From: an uncultured Flavobacteriaceae bacterium
GTDB taxonomy: Bacteria > Bacteroidota > Bacteroidia > Flavobacteriales > Flavobacteriaceae
Reading direction: 5' to 3'
NCBI GenBank assembly: GCA_938029725.1
Contig: CALHGE010000027.1
Span: 8,592 to 72,591 of the forward strand
Length of the DNA: 64,000 bases
Position numbers and translations under genes: made by a program. Positions 46,881-57,222 of this stretch are shown here, piece by piece. Every line of letters begins with the position of its first letter. Position 1 is the stretch's first letter. The notes under the pieces were generated by a model, which searched no databases, was not told the origin of the DNA, and was given only the letters and a program-made list of their open reading frames with translations.

Positions 46881-48509
46881 TTATAATTGAATTTTACCTG
46901 TGCTAACGCTTTGTGCCATAATTAGAGCGTTATAGGCGTTAACGATTTTACCCGAAGTAGATATTTCTTCTAATGTTGAAACTTTCGCAGCGTTTCCTCC
47001 TAAAATTACTTTGGCCTTAATAGGAAGGCCAGATTTCATGATGATCTTTTTTACTTGCGAAGCGCTCAGTTTTGGATATTGTGAACGAATTAAAGCTGCA
47101 ACTCCAGCAACAGCAGGAGCTGCCATTGAAGTACCTCCTTGGAACTCATATTTATTACCAGGCATTGTAGAATAAATTTCAGCTCCTGGAGCAAAAACAT
47201 CTACATTAATATCACCATAATTTGAAAAATCAGCTAACATTTCTGAACCATATTTAGGGGCTAAAGCGCCTACCGTGATCACATTGTCTGCAATTTCCGC
47301 ACCATTATTAATGGCATCATTTGGAAAATTTGGCTGGTTTGGATCATCTAAATTGATTCCGTCATTACCGGCTGCGTGAATAAAAAGGACATCTTTTGAA
47401 GCTGCATATTTAATTGCATCATACACCCACTCCGCCTTTGGTGAAAAAGATTTTCCGAAACTACCATTGATAATTTTAGCACCATTATCTACCGCATAAC
47501 GAATACCAAGGGCAATGTCTTTATCATATTCGTCACCATTAGGTACTGCGCGAATACTCATAATAGCAACGTTGTTTGCTACGCCGTTTGCTCCTTTGCC
47601 GTTATTGCGCTCAGCACCAATGATACCTGCTACGTGCGTACCATGGCTTTCATCTTCTGATCTATTCTGAGGGTTTCCATTTCCATATTTGGTATCAGTG
47701 ATGTCGTAGGGGTTATCGCCAACAACCGTTCGTCCGTTAAAATCTTTGTTGAGGTTGTAATTTGCCTGATCAGAGAAGTAAGTAACACCAGCTGTAACCT
47801 CTTTAATAACCTCTGGAATGGTATCTTTAAAGGAAAACATCTGCATCAATACCGCAACATGCTGCTGTATGGCTTGGTCTTCTGATTTTATACCGGCAAC
47901 CTCTTTTTTGGTGTAATCTGTTTTTCCCAAGTGCTTTTTAACTGCCGCGTCTGCATTTTTTACAGATTGAAGAATTTGTTCGTACTGTTCTTTATTCGCT
48001 AGCGCTTTCGGATAGTCTTCATCTAATTTTGCTTGCGCTTTTGCCCGCATGCTTGCGTCACCCAAACCTAAACGAAGAATTCTAGCAAATTCAAGCTGTT
48101 CGTTATATGATTCACCCAAAAAGTTATAGCCGTGTATATCGTCAATATACCCGTTATTGTCATTGTCTTTGCCGTCGCCAACTCTTTCGCCCTTATTAAC
48201 CCAAAGAACATCGTCGAGGTCTTCATGCGTTAAATCCATTCCAGCATCTAGTACAGCTACAATTACTTTTTGTCCTTTTTTTCCTCCAATAAGGTCTTTA
48301 TAAGCTTTGTCTAAACTCATACCGGGGATGGTATCTTTAGCTAAGTCTAGATGTCCCCAATTTTTTTTCTCTATAGCTGAAAGGTCAGCTATTTTTAAGG
48401 GGCTTGTATCAATGGTTTCAATCGGGGTTGATATTAAAGTTGTTGCTCCGCAGCCCAAAATAAGGATTGCCGAAAAAGGGAGAATTAATCGGTTAAAATA
48501 ACGTGTCAT
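46881..48509 (-). CDS. S8-family subtilisin-like serine peptidase, lipoprotein
   Basis: 542 aa. Lipobox ...ILILGC and the catalytic triad contexts VAVLDAGMD, HGTHVAGIIGA, GTSMAAPAVAG. Confidence 0.9.
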   Translation of the reverse strand: MTRYFNRLILPFSAILILGCGATTLISTPIETIDTSPLKIADLSAIEKKNWGHLDLAKDTIPGMSLDKAYKDLIGGKKGQKVIVAVLDAGMDLTHEDLDDVLWVNKGERVGDGKDNDNNGYIDDIHGYNFLGESYNEQLEFARILRLGLGDASMRAKAQAKLDEDYPKALANKEQYEQILQSVKNADAAVKKHLGKTDYTKKEVAGIKSEDQAIQQHVAVLMQMFSFKDTIPEVIKEVTAGVTYFSDQANYNLNKDFNGRTVVGDNPYDITDTKYGNGNPQNRSEDESHGTHVAGIIGAERNNGKGANGVANNVAIMSIRAVPNGDEYDKDIALGIRYAVDNGAKIINGSFGKSFSPKAEWVYDAIKYAASKDVLFIHAAGNDGINLDDPNQPNFPNDAINNGAEIADNVITVGALAPKYGSEMLADFSNYGDINVDVFAPGAEIYSTMPGNKYEFQGGTSMAAPAVAGVAALIRSQYPKLSASQVKKIIMKSGLPIKAKVILGGNAAKVSTLEEISTSGKIVNAYNALIMAQSVSTGKIQL

Positions 48510-48588
48510 TTGGTTAATATTAATTAGAATTAGTGAATTTCGATTTATTTTTTATTATTGCCGTACTATAAATAGTAAAGCGTTAACA

Positions 48589-49449
48589 CTAGGAGAAGAT
48601 TTCATTAAAAGTAAAAATTTCATTCAGCCGAACCCCTTTCTCTGTAGCTTGCAAGGTACAAATTTCGTTGTGGGCATCATGCTCGAAAAATAGAAGATAG
48701 CCTTTCGTAGCGGCAGTATCCAGAAAAGCAGCTTTTTCATTCATTGTCAATAGCGGTCGCGTATCATACCCCATAACATACGGCACTGGAATATGCCCAG
48801 CAGTAGGAACCAAATCAGCCACAAAAACTATGGTTTTGCCTTTATATACAATATGAGGCAGCATCATTTTTTCGGTGTGCCCATTCATAAAATGAATACC
48901 AAAGCCCAAATCGGTGTTTGGAACAAAAGAAGTGTTTCCTGGAGAAATAAACTTCAATTGGCCACTTTCTTGCATCGGCATAAGATTCTCTTTTAGAAAG
49001 GATGCCTTTTCTCTCACGTTAGGTTCCGTAGCCCATTTCCAATGATTTTCGTTTGTCCAGAATACGGCATTTTTAAAGGCAGTTTGATAACTAGTTCTAT
49101 CTTTATTCCATTCAATACTGCCGCCACAATGGTCGAAATGTAAATGGGTCATAAAGACATCGGTAATATCATCGCGGTGAAAACCATTTTTGGCTAGAGA
49201 AGTGTCTAAACTGTGATCTCCCCATTGATAGTAGTAACTGAAAAATTTTTCAGATTGCTTGTCGCCTAAGCCGTTATCAATTAAGATGAGTCGATTACCA
49301 TCTTCAATTAAAAGACATCGCGCTGCCATATCGATCATATTATTCGAATCGGCGGGGTTTGTTCTTTGCCAAAGTGTTTTGGGCACAACACCAAACATAG
49401 CGCCACCATCGAGCTTGAAATTTCCTGTTTCTATTGGGTACAGCTTCAT
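48589..49449 (-). CDS. MBL-fold metallo-hydrolase
   Basis: 286 aa. THLHFDHCGG (HxHxDH) motif and MBL-type beta-strand pattern. Confidence 0.85.
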   Translation of the reverse strand: MKLYPIETGNFKLDGGAMFGVVPKTLWQRTNPADSNNMIDMAARCLLIEDGNRLILIDNGLGDKQSEKFFSYYYQWGDHSLDTSLAKNGFHRDDITDVFMTHLHFDHCGGSIEWNKDRTSYQTAFKNAVFWTNENHWKWATEPNVREKASFLKENLMPMQESGQLKFISPGNTSFVPNTDLGFGIHFMNGHTEKMMLPHIVYKGKTIVFVADLVPTAGHIPVPYVMGYDTRPLLTMNEKAAFLDTAATKGYLLFFEHDAHNEICTLQATEKGVRLNEIFTFNEIFS

Positions 49450-49511
49450 AAGATCTATGTATTAGCTGCAAATTAAGAATAAGCTATGAGAGATGAAATC
49501 TTTTTGGCACT

Positions 49512-51743
49512 CTAATCCACTGTTTGATGTTGTTGCACCAACAGACACAATTGCTTTCCGAAGAATATCATTGCTTTAATTTCTTGAACACTTAATAATC
49601 GTTCCTTTTTAAGGATGAGTAGTGATGAACCATTAGATTCTATGTGATAGTAAGGGTTACTTTCTAGAAATAAAATCAATTCGTCAGTGAACAGCGTTTT
49701 GATTTCTTCAGGGTTTTCTCCGCTGAGGTAAAAGCGCTTATTGAAATCAGAATGCTTGTCAATTGTAATGTCTCTAAAGCCCGCTAGACCGTAAATAAAA
49801 TCTAAAAGGCCTTCTTTGTCTAGGGTAAAAACGGGAATATCTTCTTCTAAACGGATATGCATGACGGTAGTCTTTACAACTTCTCTTGCAATAAATGCAC
49901 CTTCTGTAAACTCCACATCAAAAAGCTTATGACGCTGTTCATTATTAGATAATGTATTATAGATATACGGAATTTGTCGTGTTTTAAAGAAAACAAAATT
50001 TTGCAAGAATTTTGTTTTGGTATTCTTCTTCGCGGTATACGACCATTTGAATTCTTTAGCAGTGATTTTTAAAAGGTCTTGTCTTTTGGTGAAATAACGA
50101 CCAATTGGGTTTAGTTTATTTAGCGGTAGTATTTTGCGAATCGCAAACGGATGTTTTGAATCTGCACCATGTTTATCTAGCCCAATGATTTCAATACTTC
50201 CTCCTTTTTTTGTAAAAGCCTCCATATAGTTTTCTAAGCCCTCCATAACGGTATGATCAACGAAGTTGCACATTGAAAAATCGAGAACCACATGTTGATT
50301 TTCAGGAATAACATCTAATTTATTTTTAAGCTTATAGAAATTTAGAAAGTTACAGAAGTACTTCACGCTGACATAAAAATTGCCGCCATCGGTTTCCTTT
50401 TCTTTAAAAAGAAGCACATTTGGTTTTGAAACATGACGAAGAAAAAGAGATACACTTTTATTCAGAAGCACATGAATAATGAAGGTTACGAAAATACCTA
50501 CGGTGATACCCGTGATTAGATTTGTAAATAAAGTAGTTAGTAAGGTTGCCAAGAAAATGACAATTTGCTCATTTCCTATTTTGGCTATTTTTTTCAATGT
50601 TTTTGGGGTTGCTAATTTATACCCAGTAAAAACTAAAATAGCAGCTAATGCCGCTAACGGAATACGACGTAATTGATCTTGAAATAAGAGGATAAATAAA
50701 ATTAGAAACAGCGCATGAAAGAAGTTAGCGGAACGGTTGGTAGCGCCATTATTTACATTTACAGAGCTTCGCGCAATTACAGTTACTACGTTTAAACCCC
50801 CAACAAGACCACTTAAAGTAGTAGCCAAGCCCAAAGCTTTTAAATCTCTGTTTACGTTTGACCGCCTACTCATTGGGTCGAGTTTGTCTACCGCTTTAAT
50901 ACTAAGTAAAGACTCTATACTTGCAATCAAGGTTATCGCAAAAACAGCAAGAATAAATTCCGTTTGCATGATTTTTGAAAAGTCAGGAAAGGCCAAATTA
51001 CGAATAGCATCGTCAGGAATATTGACCAAAAAAGCGGAACTCATTGGATAGGGTGCATCGGTCCAAACGAAGAAATAACTAAAACCGATCGAGAGTATTA
51101 AAATCCACATGGGCGCGGGTACCAAGTGAAAATAAGGATTGCGAATTTTTGAATAAAAAACCATTATAAGCAAACTAATAATTCCAATTGCCGCGGCTAT
51201 TAATATACTAACATCAGCGTTCTGAAATAAAGAAATAATAGCTGAGGGAATGTCACTAAGGAGAGAAATAATACTGCCTGATGCCTCATTATTGCCCAGC
51301 ATAATGTGAAATTGCTTTGATAAAATACCAACTCCTATCGCTGCCAACATACCCTCAATAGCTGAGGCAGGAAAGAAATCTGCCAATCTGCCCATTTTAA
51401 GAAACCCTAATAGTAACATCAAAACTCCTGAAACAACAATAGCGGCTAGTGTGAACAAATAGCCTTGATACATGTCTCCTTCACCAAGTGTTGTAATGGC
51501 TCCTAAAAGAACGATTACTAATCCGTTTCCTGGGCCTGTGATAGTTACATTAGAACCTCCAAGAAGTGATACAACGACACCACCAACAACTGCGGCAATA
51601 ATTCCAGAAATAGGCGGAGCTTCACTAGCCAAAGCCAGTCCTAAGCCTAGAGGTAGAGCAATAAGCGAGACGACAAAACCCGAAAATAAATTTTTAGGTA
51701 AGCTTTTTAGAAAGGTTTTTGTGTGGTTTGTGTTTGCTGTCAA
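49512..51743 (-). CDS. SulP-family anion transporter with STAS domain and ~200-aa uncharacterised C-terminal extension
   Basis: 743 aa. A multi-TM SulP core (...GGSNVTITGPGNGLV...), then a STAS-like segment (...VVLDFSMCNFVDHTVMEGLENYMEAFTKKGGSIEIIG...), then ~200 further residues with no motif I recognise. The start overlaps the upstream USP stop by 4 nt. Confidence 0.85.
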   Translation of the reverse strand: MTANTNHTKTFLKSLPKNLFSGFVVSLIALPLGLGLALASEAPPISGIIAAVVGGVVVSLLGGSNVTITGPGNGLVIVLLGAITTLGEGDMYQGYLFTLAAIVVSGVLMLLLGFLKMGRLADFFPASAIEGMLAAIGVGILSKQFHIMLGNNEASGSIISLLSDIPSAIISLFQNADVSILIAAAIGIISLLIMVFYSKIRNPYFHLVPAPMWILILSIGFSYFFVWTDAPYPMSSAFLVNIPDDAIRNLAFPDFSKIMQTEFILAVFAITLIASIESLLSIKAVDKLDPMSRRSNVNRDLKALGLATTLSGLVGGLNVVTVIARSSVNVNNGATNRSANFFHALFLILFILLFQDQLRRIPLAALAAILVFTGYKLATPKTLKKIAKIGNEQIVIFLATLLTTLFTNLITGITVGIFVTFIIHVLLNKSVSLFLRHVSKPNVLLFKEKETDGGNFYVSVKYFCNFLNFYKLKNKLDVIPENQHVVLDFSMCNFVDHTVMEGLENYMEAFTKKGGSIEIIGLDKHGADSKHPFAIRKILPLNKLNPIGRYFTKRQDLLKITAKEFKWSYTAKKNTKTKFLQNFVFFKTRQIPYIYNTLSNNEQRHKLFDVEFTEGAFIAREVVKTTVMHIRLEEDIPVFTLDKEGLLDFIYGLAGFRDITIDKHSDFNKRFYLSGENPEEIKTLFTDELILFLESNPYYHIESNGSSLLILKKERLLSVQEIKAMIFFGKQLCLLVQQHQTVD

Positions 51744-52603
51744 CTTTGTTTTCTAATGATTAAAAGGTCGGTTGGTAAATCTGATAGAATATATTCTATA
51801 TCATGTGGAAAAATACGATCTAGCAGGCGTGTTTTGGCAGGAGCATTCATCACTAAAAGGTCAGCGCGAATAACTTCAGCATAATGGCCTATCGAATACC
51901 CTCGTTTTCCGAAGATACTCTGTGTTTTTACGTTTACATCTTTTGTCAAACTCGCTGGCAAATCACGAATTATTTTGCGAACACGAGATTCTTCACGCTC
52001 TTTAAGGCGTTCTTTCACCAAATTCGCTTTTTTAAGCGATCGATCGTCTTCTACCGTCACATGAATCTCCTTCTGTAATATCTCTTCAACAATCGTCAGC
52101 TGTTGGGCACCTAAGGCATTGGAAACATAAAATGCGTCAGTGATCGCTAAGGGTGTTTCGGGTGCATCTAACCCGTTCACAACAACATGCTTACAAGGCA
52201 CTCTTTCTGCAGAGGGCTTTATGAGAAGCATTACTGAACAGCACACTTTTCTTGTTAATTTCCTTGCAATTGACCCCACATAAAATTGAAATACATTTTC
52301 GTGTTGCATGGCGCCCAAAATCAATAGATCGATTTTTGAGGTTTTGCAAGTATTTGAAATTACGTCAAAGGGGTTTCCGCTTTTCCATTGAATTTCAATT
52401 TCCAAATTTTGATACTCAGTTTGTGCTAAAATAGATTCGATTTGTTCCAATTTTTCAGAAGTTTTTTCGCCAACATGCAGCAATAGTAACTTTGACTCAA
52501 AAAAATGGGCAATCCGTGTAGTTTCAAACAAATTTACCCGCAATGAAGGTGAAAATGCAAAACCGAACAATATGGTCTTAAAGGGTTGTATTTTGGTGGC
52601 CAT
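51740..52603 (-). CDS. tandem universal stress protein (UspA-family)
   Basis: Two USP-like halves (...KTILFGFAFSP..., ...DLLILGAMQH..., ...VVNGLDAPE..., ...ADLLVMNAP...). The ORF is open to 52633. The Met at 52603 (MATKIQPFKTILFG) fits the family start better. Either start is possible. Confidence 0.78.
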   Translation of the reverse strand: MATKIQPFKTILFGFAFSPSLRVNLFETTRIAHFFESKLLLLHVGEKTSEKLEQIESILAQTEYQNLEIEIQWKSGNPFDVISNTCKTSKIDLLILGAMQHENVFQFYVGSIARKLTRKVCCSVMLLIKPSAERVPCKHVVVNGLDAPETPLAITDAFYVSNALGAQQLTIVEEILQKEIHVTVEDDRSLKKANLVKERLKEREESRVRKIIRDLPASLTKDVNVKTQSIFGKRGYSIGHYAEVIRADLLVMNAPAKTRLLDRIFPHDIEYILSDLPTDLLIIRKQS

Positions 52604-52712
52604 AAGTAGTGATACGAAATTGAAAGATAGCATAATATTTATTAAAAAAACTTAGTGTTTTCGATTATAAATTCTAGTTATAAATGTTTATTTTACAGCG
52701 AAAGAACAATAC

Positions 52713-54551
52713 ATGATAGAGTTAGCCGGAATTATTATTTTAGGAATCATTGCACAATGGTTTGCTTGGCGATTAAAACTGCCCGCAATCCTTCCTTTAA
52801 TTTTAATAGGCCTGCTGGTTGGCCCAATTGCCTCAATGTATACCGAAGATGGCTACAAACTGATTGAGCCTATTTGGAATGGCGAAAAAGGACTTTTTCC
52901 TGGCGATTCGCTGTATTATTTTGTTTCCCTGGCGATTAGTATCATCCTTTTTGAAGGCGGACTTACTTTGAAACGTTCTGAGATTCGAAATGTGGGGCCG
53001 GTGATTACAAAATTAATCACCTTGGGTTCTTTGGTTACTTTCTTCGGTGCCGGTATTGCTGCCCACTATATTTTTGGATTGAGCTGGCAAATTTCTTACC
53101 TATTTTCTGCTTTAATCATTGTTACCGGGCCAACAGTAATTACTCCTATTTTGAGAAATATTCCTTTGAAAAAAGATGTTTCTACGGTGCTTAAGTGGGA
53201 AGGAATCTTGATTGACCCAATTGGGGCTTTGGTTGCAGTTTTAGTTTTTGAATTTATTAGTGTGGGGGAAGGAAAAGCATATACAATTACCGCCTTAATA
53301 GAGTTCGGAAAGATTTTACTTTTTGGGTTCACCTTTGGTTTTACCTTTGCACACGCACTAACCTTCTTAATTAAGAAGAGCTATATACCACATTATTTAC
53401 TCAATGTGGCCTCGCTTTCAACCGTTCTTTTAGTGTTTGTAATGTCTGATTCTTTCGCTCATGAGTCGGGTCTTTTAGCCGTTGTGGTTATGGGAATGGT
53501 TATGGGTAATACCGATCTGCCAAACATAAAAGAATTGTTATATTTCAAAGAATCACTGAGTATCTTATTGATTTCAATCCTGTTCATTTTACTAGCAGCG
53601 AATATCAATATGAGCGATCTTGAATTAATTTTTAATTGGAAGACTGCAATATTATTCGCAGTAATTGTTTTTATTATTCGCCCACTCGGTGTGTTTCTTA
53701 GTTCGATGAACTCGAATTTGAAGTTTAATGAGAAACTTTTTATCGGCTGGGTAGGACCAAGAGGAATTGTAGCAGCCGGAATTGCTTCTTTATTTGGGTC
53801 AAAGTTGCTGAAACAAGGAGAGGCAGGAGCTGAATACATCACCCCATTAGTTTTTATGATTGTTTTGGGTACCGTTTTATTAAACGCAACCACAGCAAGG
53901 ATTTTTGCAAAAATGGTCGGGGTGTTTTTGACAAAATCAGAGGGAATACTAATTGTGGGAGCTTCTAAATTTTCTCGTTTAATGGGCGATTATCTGCAAA
54001 AGAATAATCGACATGTGGTATTGGTAGACAGCAATCAAAATAATGTAGATAAGGCTAAAAGCTTAGGATTGGAGGCATTCTCAGCCAATATTTATGCGGA
54101 TTCTTTAAAAGACAATATTGAGTTAAGCGATATTGGGTACTTGATGTCACTTACGGGTAACGCTGAGATCAATAATTTTGCGATTAATAAGTTTAAAAAA
54201 CAATTTGGCGAACATGGCTCCTTTCGATTGGTAAGTTCAGACGAAATGAATGACCCAGAGAATAACCCGAAAGAGGGCTTATTTTCGCATACCGATGATT
54301 TTATGAAATTGATGGAAGCTACGAGAAAGAACCCTGCAATTCATGAAATTGATTTGAAAGATAAAGAGCATTATGAAAGACTGATAGAGATAACTAAGGC
54401 AGATGAAGATAGTATTCCTATTTTCCTTAAAACCTTAGAGGGTAACTTGGAAATAATCTCTTCATACAGCAAAGAATTCACTGATATTCAAAAAGGCTTC
54501 AAGTTAGTATATCTTGGAAAGTTATTTGAAGTCGAAACTGATGCTTCTTGA
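52713..54551 (+). CDS. CPA1-type cation:proton antiporter with C-terminal TrkA-N/RCK-like domain
   Basis: 612 aa. ~11-12 TM Na+/H+ exchanger core (...LPAILPLILIGLLVGP..., ...FEGGL...), then a Rossmann-like ILIVGASKFSRLMGDYLQKNNRHVVLVD segment. Confidence 0.88.
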   Translation: MIELAGIIILGIIAQWFAWRLKLPAILPLILIGLLVGPIASMYTEDGYKLIEPIWNGEKGLFPGDSLYYFVSLAISIILFEGGLTLKRSEIRNVGPVITKLITLGSLVTFFGAGIAAHYIFGLSWQISYLFSALIIVTGPTVITPILRNIPLKKDVSTVLKWEGILIDPIGALVAVLVFEFISVGEGKAYTITALIEFGKILLFGFTFGFTFAHALTFLIKKSYIPHYLLNVASLSTVLLVFVMSDSFAHESGLLAVVVMGMVMGNTDLPNIKELLYFKESLSILLISILFILLAANINMSDLELIFNWKTAILFAVIVFIIRPLGVFLSSMNSNLKFNEKLFIGWVGPRGIVAAGIASLFGSKLLKQGEAGAEYITPLVFMIVLGTVLLNATTARIFAKMVGVFLTKSEGILIVGASKFSRLMGDYLQKNNRHVVLVDSNQNNVDKAKSLGLEAFSANIYADSLKDNIELSDIGYLMSLTGNAEINNFAINKFKKQFGEHGSFRLVSSDEMNDPENNPKEGLFSHTDDFMKLMEATRKNPAIHEIDLKDKEHYERLIEITKADEDSIPIFLKTLEGNLEIISSYSKEFTDIQKGFKLVYLGKLFEVETDAS

Positions 54552-54895
54552 TTTTGATGATGTTCGTATAGGGTTTGCATTAAGCGAAGTAGTCTGATCG
54601 CACTATTTGCATTCGAATATTTTCATAAGGGTTTACTCATTTTTAAAAATAATCACGGGCTTTGATTCGTTGGTTTACAGCATCTTCAATAAAATAAATG
54701 CGCAAAGAGGCCCCGCTATAGCAATTCAATACCCGTATCTTTTCTGACACTTATAAGTTTTCGGTTTATATAAGTAATAAGTTACCGCTGCGTTTTGGGG
54801 TATCACAATATTTTTTGAAATAAAAATAATTTTCAGCAATAAGCTGAAATGGGTAGCGTTAGTTAATGAAACTATGTATTAAACCCCAATCAGTT

Positions 54896-55153
54896 ATGAA
54901 AAAATCTATTTTATTTTTGGCTTTTACAGCCGCAGTAGTATTCTCAAGTTGTTCAAAAGACGATGAGGATGAAAAAGTATGTGCATCTTGTTCAATACTA
55001 GGTATTTCAATCGAAGCTTGTGATAATGGCGACGGTTCAGTTACCGTTAGTACAGCAGGTCAGTCTGAAACAATATCAGGTGCGGACCTTGATGGACTTA
55101 GCGCCGCTGAATATGTTAAGGCAATAGAAGATGGATGTCCAACATCTAGTTAG
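54896..55153 (+). CDS. small Cys-containing lipoprotein, hypothetical
   Basis: The ATG at 54896 gives MKKSILFLAFTAAVVFSSC (lipobox). The mature ~66-aa acidic protein has 4 further Cys (C.SC...C...C). A strong terminator follows it. Confidence 0.55.
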   Translation: MKKSILFLAFTAAVVFSSCSKDDEDEKVCASCSILGISIEACDNGDGSVTVSTAGQSETISGADLDGLSAAEYVKAIEDGCPTSS

Positions 55154-55188
55154 TATGTTTCGTTTGTAAACATACGACTGAGTATATA

Positions 55189-55224
55189 AAAAGAGCTTTT
55201 GGTGATAGCACCAAAAGCTCTTTT
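55189..55224. terminator. Bidirectional Rho-independent terminator between the small lipoprotein gene and lepA
   Basis: Perfect 16-bp stem AAAAGAGCTTTTGGTG / CACCAAAAGCTCTTTT with an ATAG loop. An A-run lies upstream and a T-run downstream, so it reads as a terminator on both strands. Confidence 0.85.
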
Positions 55225-55229
55225 TTGTT

Positions 55230-57026
55230 TTAATCATTCAATTTCAACACCGCCATGAAGGCCTCCTGTGGCACTTCAACATTTCCTACTTGACGCATAC
55301 GTTTTTTACCTTTCTTTTGCTTCTCAAGTAGTTTACGTTTTCGAGAAATATCACCACCATAACATTTGGCAGTAACATCTTTACGCACCGCTTTAGTAGT
55401 TTCGCGAGAAATTATTTTTGCACCAATAGCGGCCTGAATTGGAATATCAAATTGTTGCCTTGGTATAAGTTCCTTTAGTTTTGCACAAATCTTTTTACCA
55501 ATATTTACTGCATTATCTGCGTGAAGCAAAGCAGAAAGGGCATCAACTGGTTGGCTATTTAGTAAAATATCAACACGAACGAGTTTGGAGGGCCTCATAC
55601 CTATTGGCGTATAATCAAAAGAGGCATAGCCTTTTGAGACGGTCTTTAAGCGGTCATAGAAATCAAAAACGATTTCCGCCAAAGGCATATCAAAATTAAG
55701 CTCTACCCGCTCAGTGGTTAAATAGGTTTGATGGGTAATTTGCCCCCGTTTTTCAATACACAAAGACATTACATTGCCAACAAAATCAGCTTTTGTAATT
55801 ATGGTCGCTTTGATATAGGGCTCTTCAACCCTATCAATACTTGAAGGGTCTGGCAAGTCTGTAGGGTTGTTTACAATTAGTGGTGTATCTGTATTTTTTC
55901 TTGTAAAAGCATGATAGCTAACGTTGGGTACTGTTGTAATTACCGTCATGTTGAATTCGCGTTCCAAGCGTTCTTGAATGATTTCCATGTGCAGCATTCC
56001 AAGAAAACCACATCGAAACCCGAAGCCAAGGGCGGCACTGCTTTCTGGAGCAAACACCAATGAAGCATCGTTCAATTGTAATTTTTCCATAGAGTTGCGC
56101 AACTCCTCAAATTCTTCAGTATCTACTGGATATATTCCAGCAAAAACCATGGGCTTCACATCTTCAAAGCCACTAAGAGCGTTTTTCGTAGGGTTTGCGG
56201 CGTCAGTAATGGTGTCGCCAACTTTTACTTCGCGAGCATCTTTTATACCCGTAATCAGATACCCTACATCACCTGCCTTAACACTCTGTTTTATTTCTTG
56301 TGTCAGCTTTAGGGTTCCAACTTCATCGGCAAAATAATCTTTATCTGTAGCTATAAACTTGATTTTCTGACCTTTTTTGATTTCTCCATTTATAACACGA
56401 AAATAAGTTTCAACACCACGAAAAGGATTGTAAACCGAATCAAAAACAAGCGCTTGCAATGACTCATTAAGATTCCCTTTTGGATGAGGAATACGCTCTA
56501 TAACGGCACGCAGAATTTCTTCAATACCAATACCTGTCTTTGCACTAGCAGGAATCACTTCATCAGCACTACAGCCTAAAAGCTCAACAATATCATCGGT
56601 AACTTCTTCTGGGTTAGCACTAGGTAAATCAACTTTATTTAAAACTGGAATGATTTCTAAATCATTCTCCAAGGCTAAATATAAATTAGAAATCGTCTGA
56701 GCCTGAATACTCTGAGCAGCATCAACCACTAAAAGAGCACCCTCACAGGCAGCGATAGAACGCGACACTTCGTACGAAAAGTCAACATGACCAGGTGTGT
56801 CAATTAAATTTAAAATATATTCTTGGCCCTTATAAGTATACTCCATTTGAATGGCGTGACTCTTTATGGTAATACCACGCTCACGCTCCAAATCCATAGT
56901 ATCTAGTAACTGCTCTTTTTTCTCACGATCTGTCACAGCCCCTGTAAAATCTAATAATCGATCTGCCAAGGTACTTTTACCATGGTCAATGTGTGCGATG
57001 ATACAGAAATTTCTAATGTGCTTCAT
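55230..57026 (-). CDS. lepA: translation elongation factor 4 (LepA)
   Basis: 598 aa. [22 protein letters not shown] (G1), DTPGHVDF (G3), NKVD (G4), and the LepA-specific C-terminal domain ...[24 protein letters not shown]. Confidence 0.96.
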   Translation of the reverse strand: MKHIRNFCIIAHIDHGKSTLADRLLDFTGAVTDREKKEQLLDTMDLERERGITIKSHAIQMEYTYKGQEYILNLIDTPGHVDFSYEVSRSIAACEGALLVVDAAQSIQAQTISNLYLALENDLEIIPVLNKVDLPSANPEEVTDDIVELLGCSADEVIPASAKTGIGIEEILRAVIERIPHPKGNLNESLQALVFDSVYNPFRGVETYFRVINGEIKKGQKIKFIATDKDYFADEVGTLKLTQEIKQSVKAGDVGYLITGIKDAREVKVGDTITDAANPTKNALSGFEDVKPMVFAGIYPVDTEEFEELRNSMEKLQLNDASLVFAPESSAALGFGFRCGFLGMLHMEIIQERLEREFNMTVITTVPNVSYHAFTRKNTDTPLIVNNPTDLPDPSSIDRVEEPYIKATIITKADFVGNVMSLCIEKRGQITHQTYLTTERVELNFDMPLAEIVFDFYDRLKTVSKGYASFDYTPIGMRPSKLVRVDILLNSQPVDALSALLHADNAVNIGKKICAKLKELIPRQQFDIPIQAAIGAKIISRETTKAVRKDVTAKCYGGDISRKRKLLEKQKKGKKRMRQVGNVEVPQEAFMAVLKLND

Positions 57027-57073
57027 AAATTTTTTTCCTCAGAAATACCAAAAAATATAGGTATTTATCGCTA

Positions 57074-57081
57074 CAAAGATA
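57074..57081 (-). promoter_or_regulatory. Putative -7 promoter box of lepA
   Basis: CAAAGATA on the plus strand reads TATCTTTG on the minus strand and matches TAnnTTTG. It lies ~47 nt upstream of the lepA ATG. Confidence 0.4.
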
Positions 57082-57197
57082 CTGTAAATTCAAAAGGAAT
57101 TTTATATGAATTAAACACCAGGCTAAAGCGGATATATCAAGCTAAATAAAATCGACGAACTGCACATTTTACGTAGGATATTTCGACATTAAAATGT

Positions 57198-57205
57198 TAC
57201 ATTTG
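57198..57205 (+). promoter_or_regulatory. Putative -7 promoter box of the outer-membrane receptor gene
   Basis: TACATTTG matches TAnnTTTG and lies 18 nt upstream of the ATG at 57223. Confidence 0.45.
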
Positions 57206-57222
57206 GGCATAGCGTCCCATTT

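Noticed and set aside
52655-52867. 70-aa plus-strand ORF overlapping the start of the CPA1 antiporter gene in another frame.
   Set aside because: It overlaps a strongly supported membrane-protein gene and has a random-looking translation.
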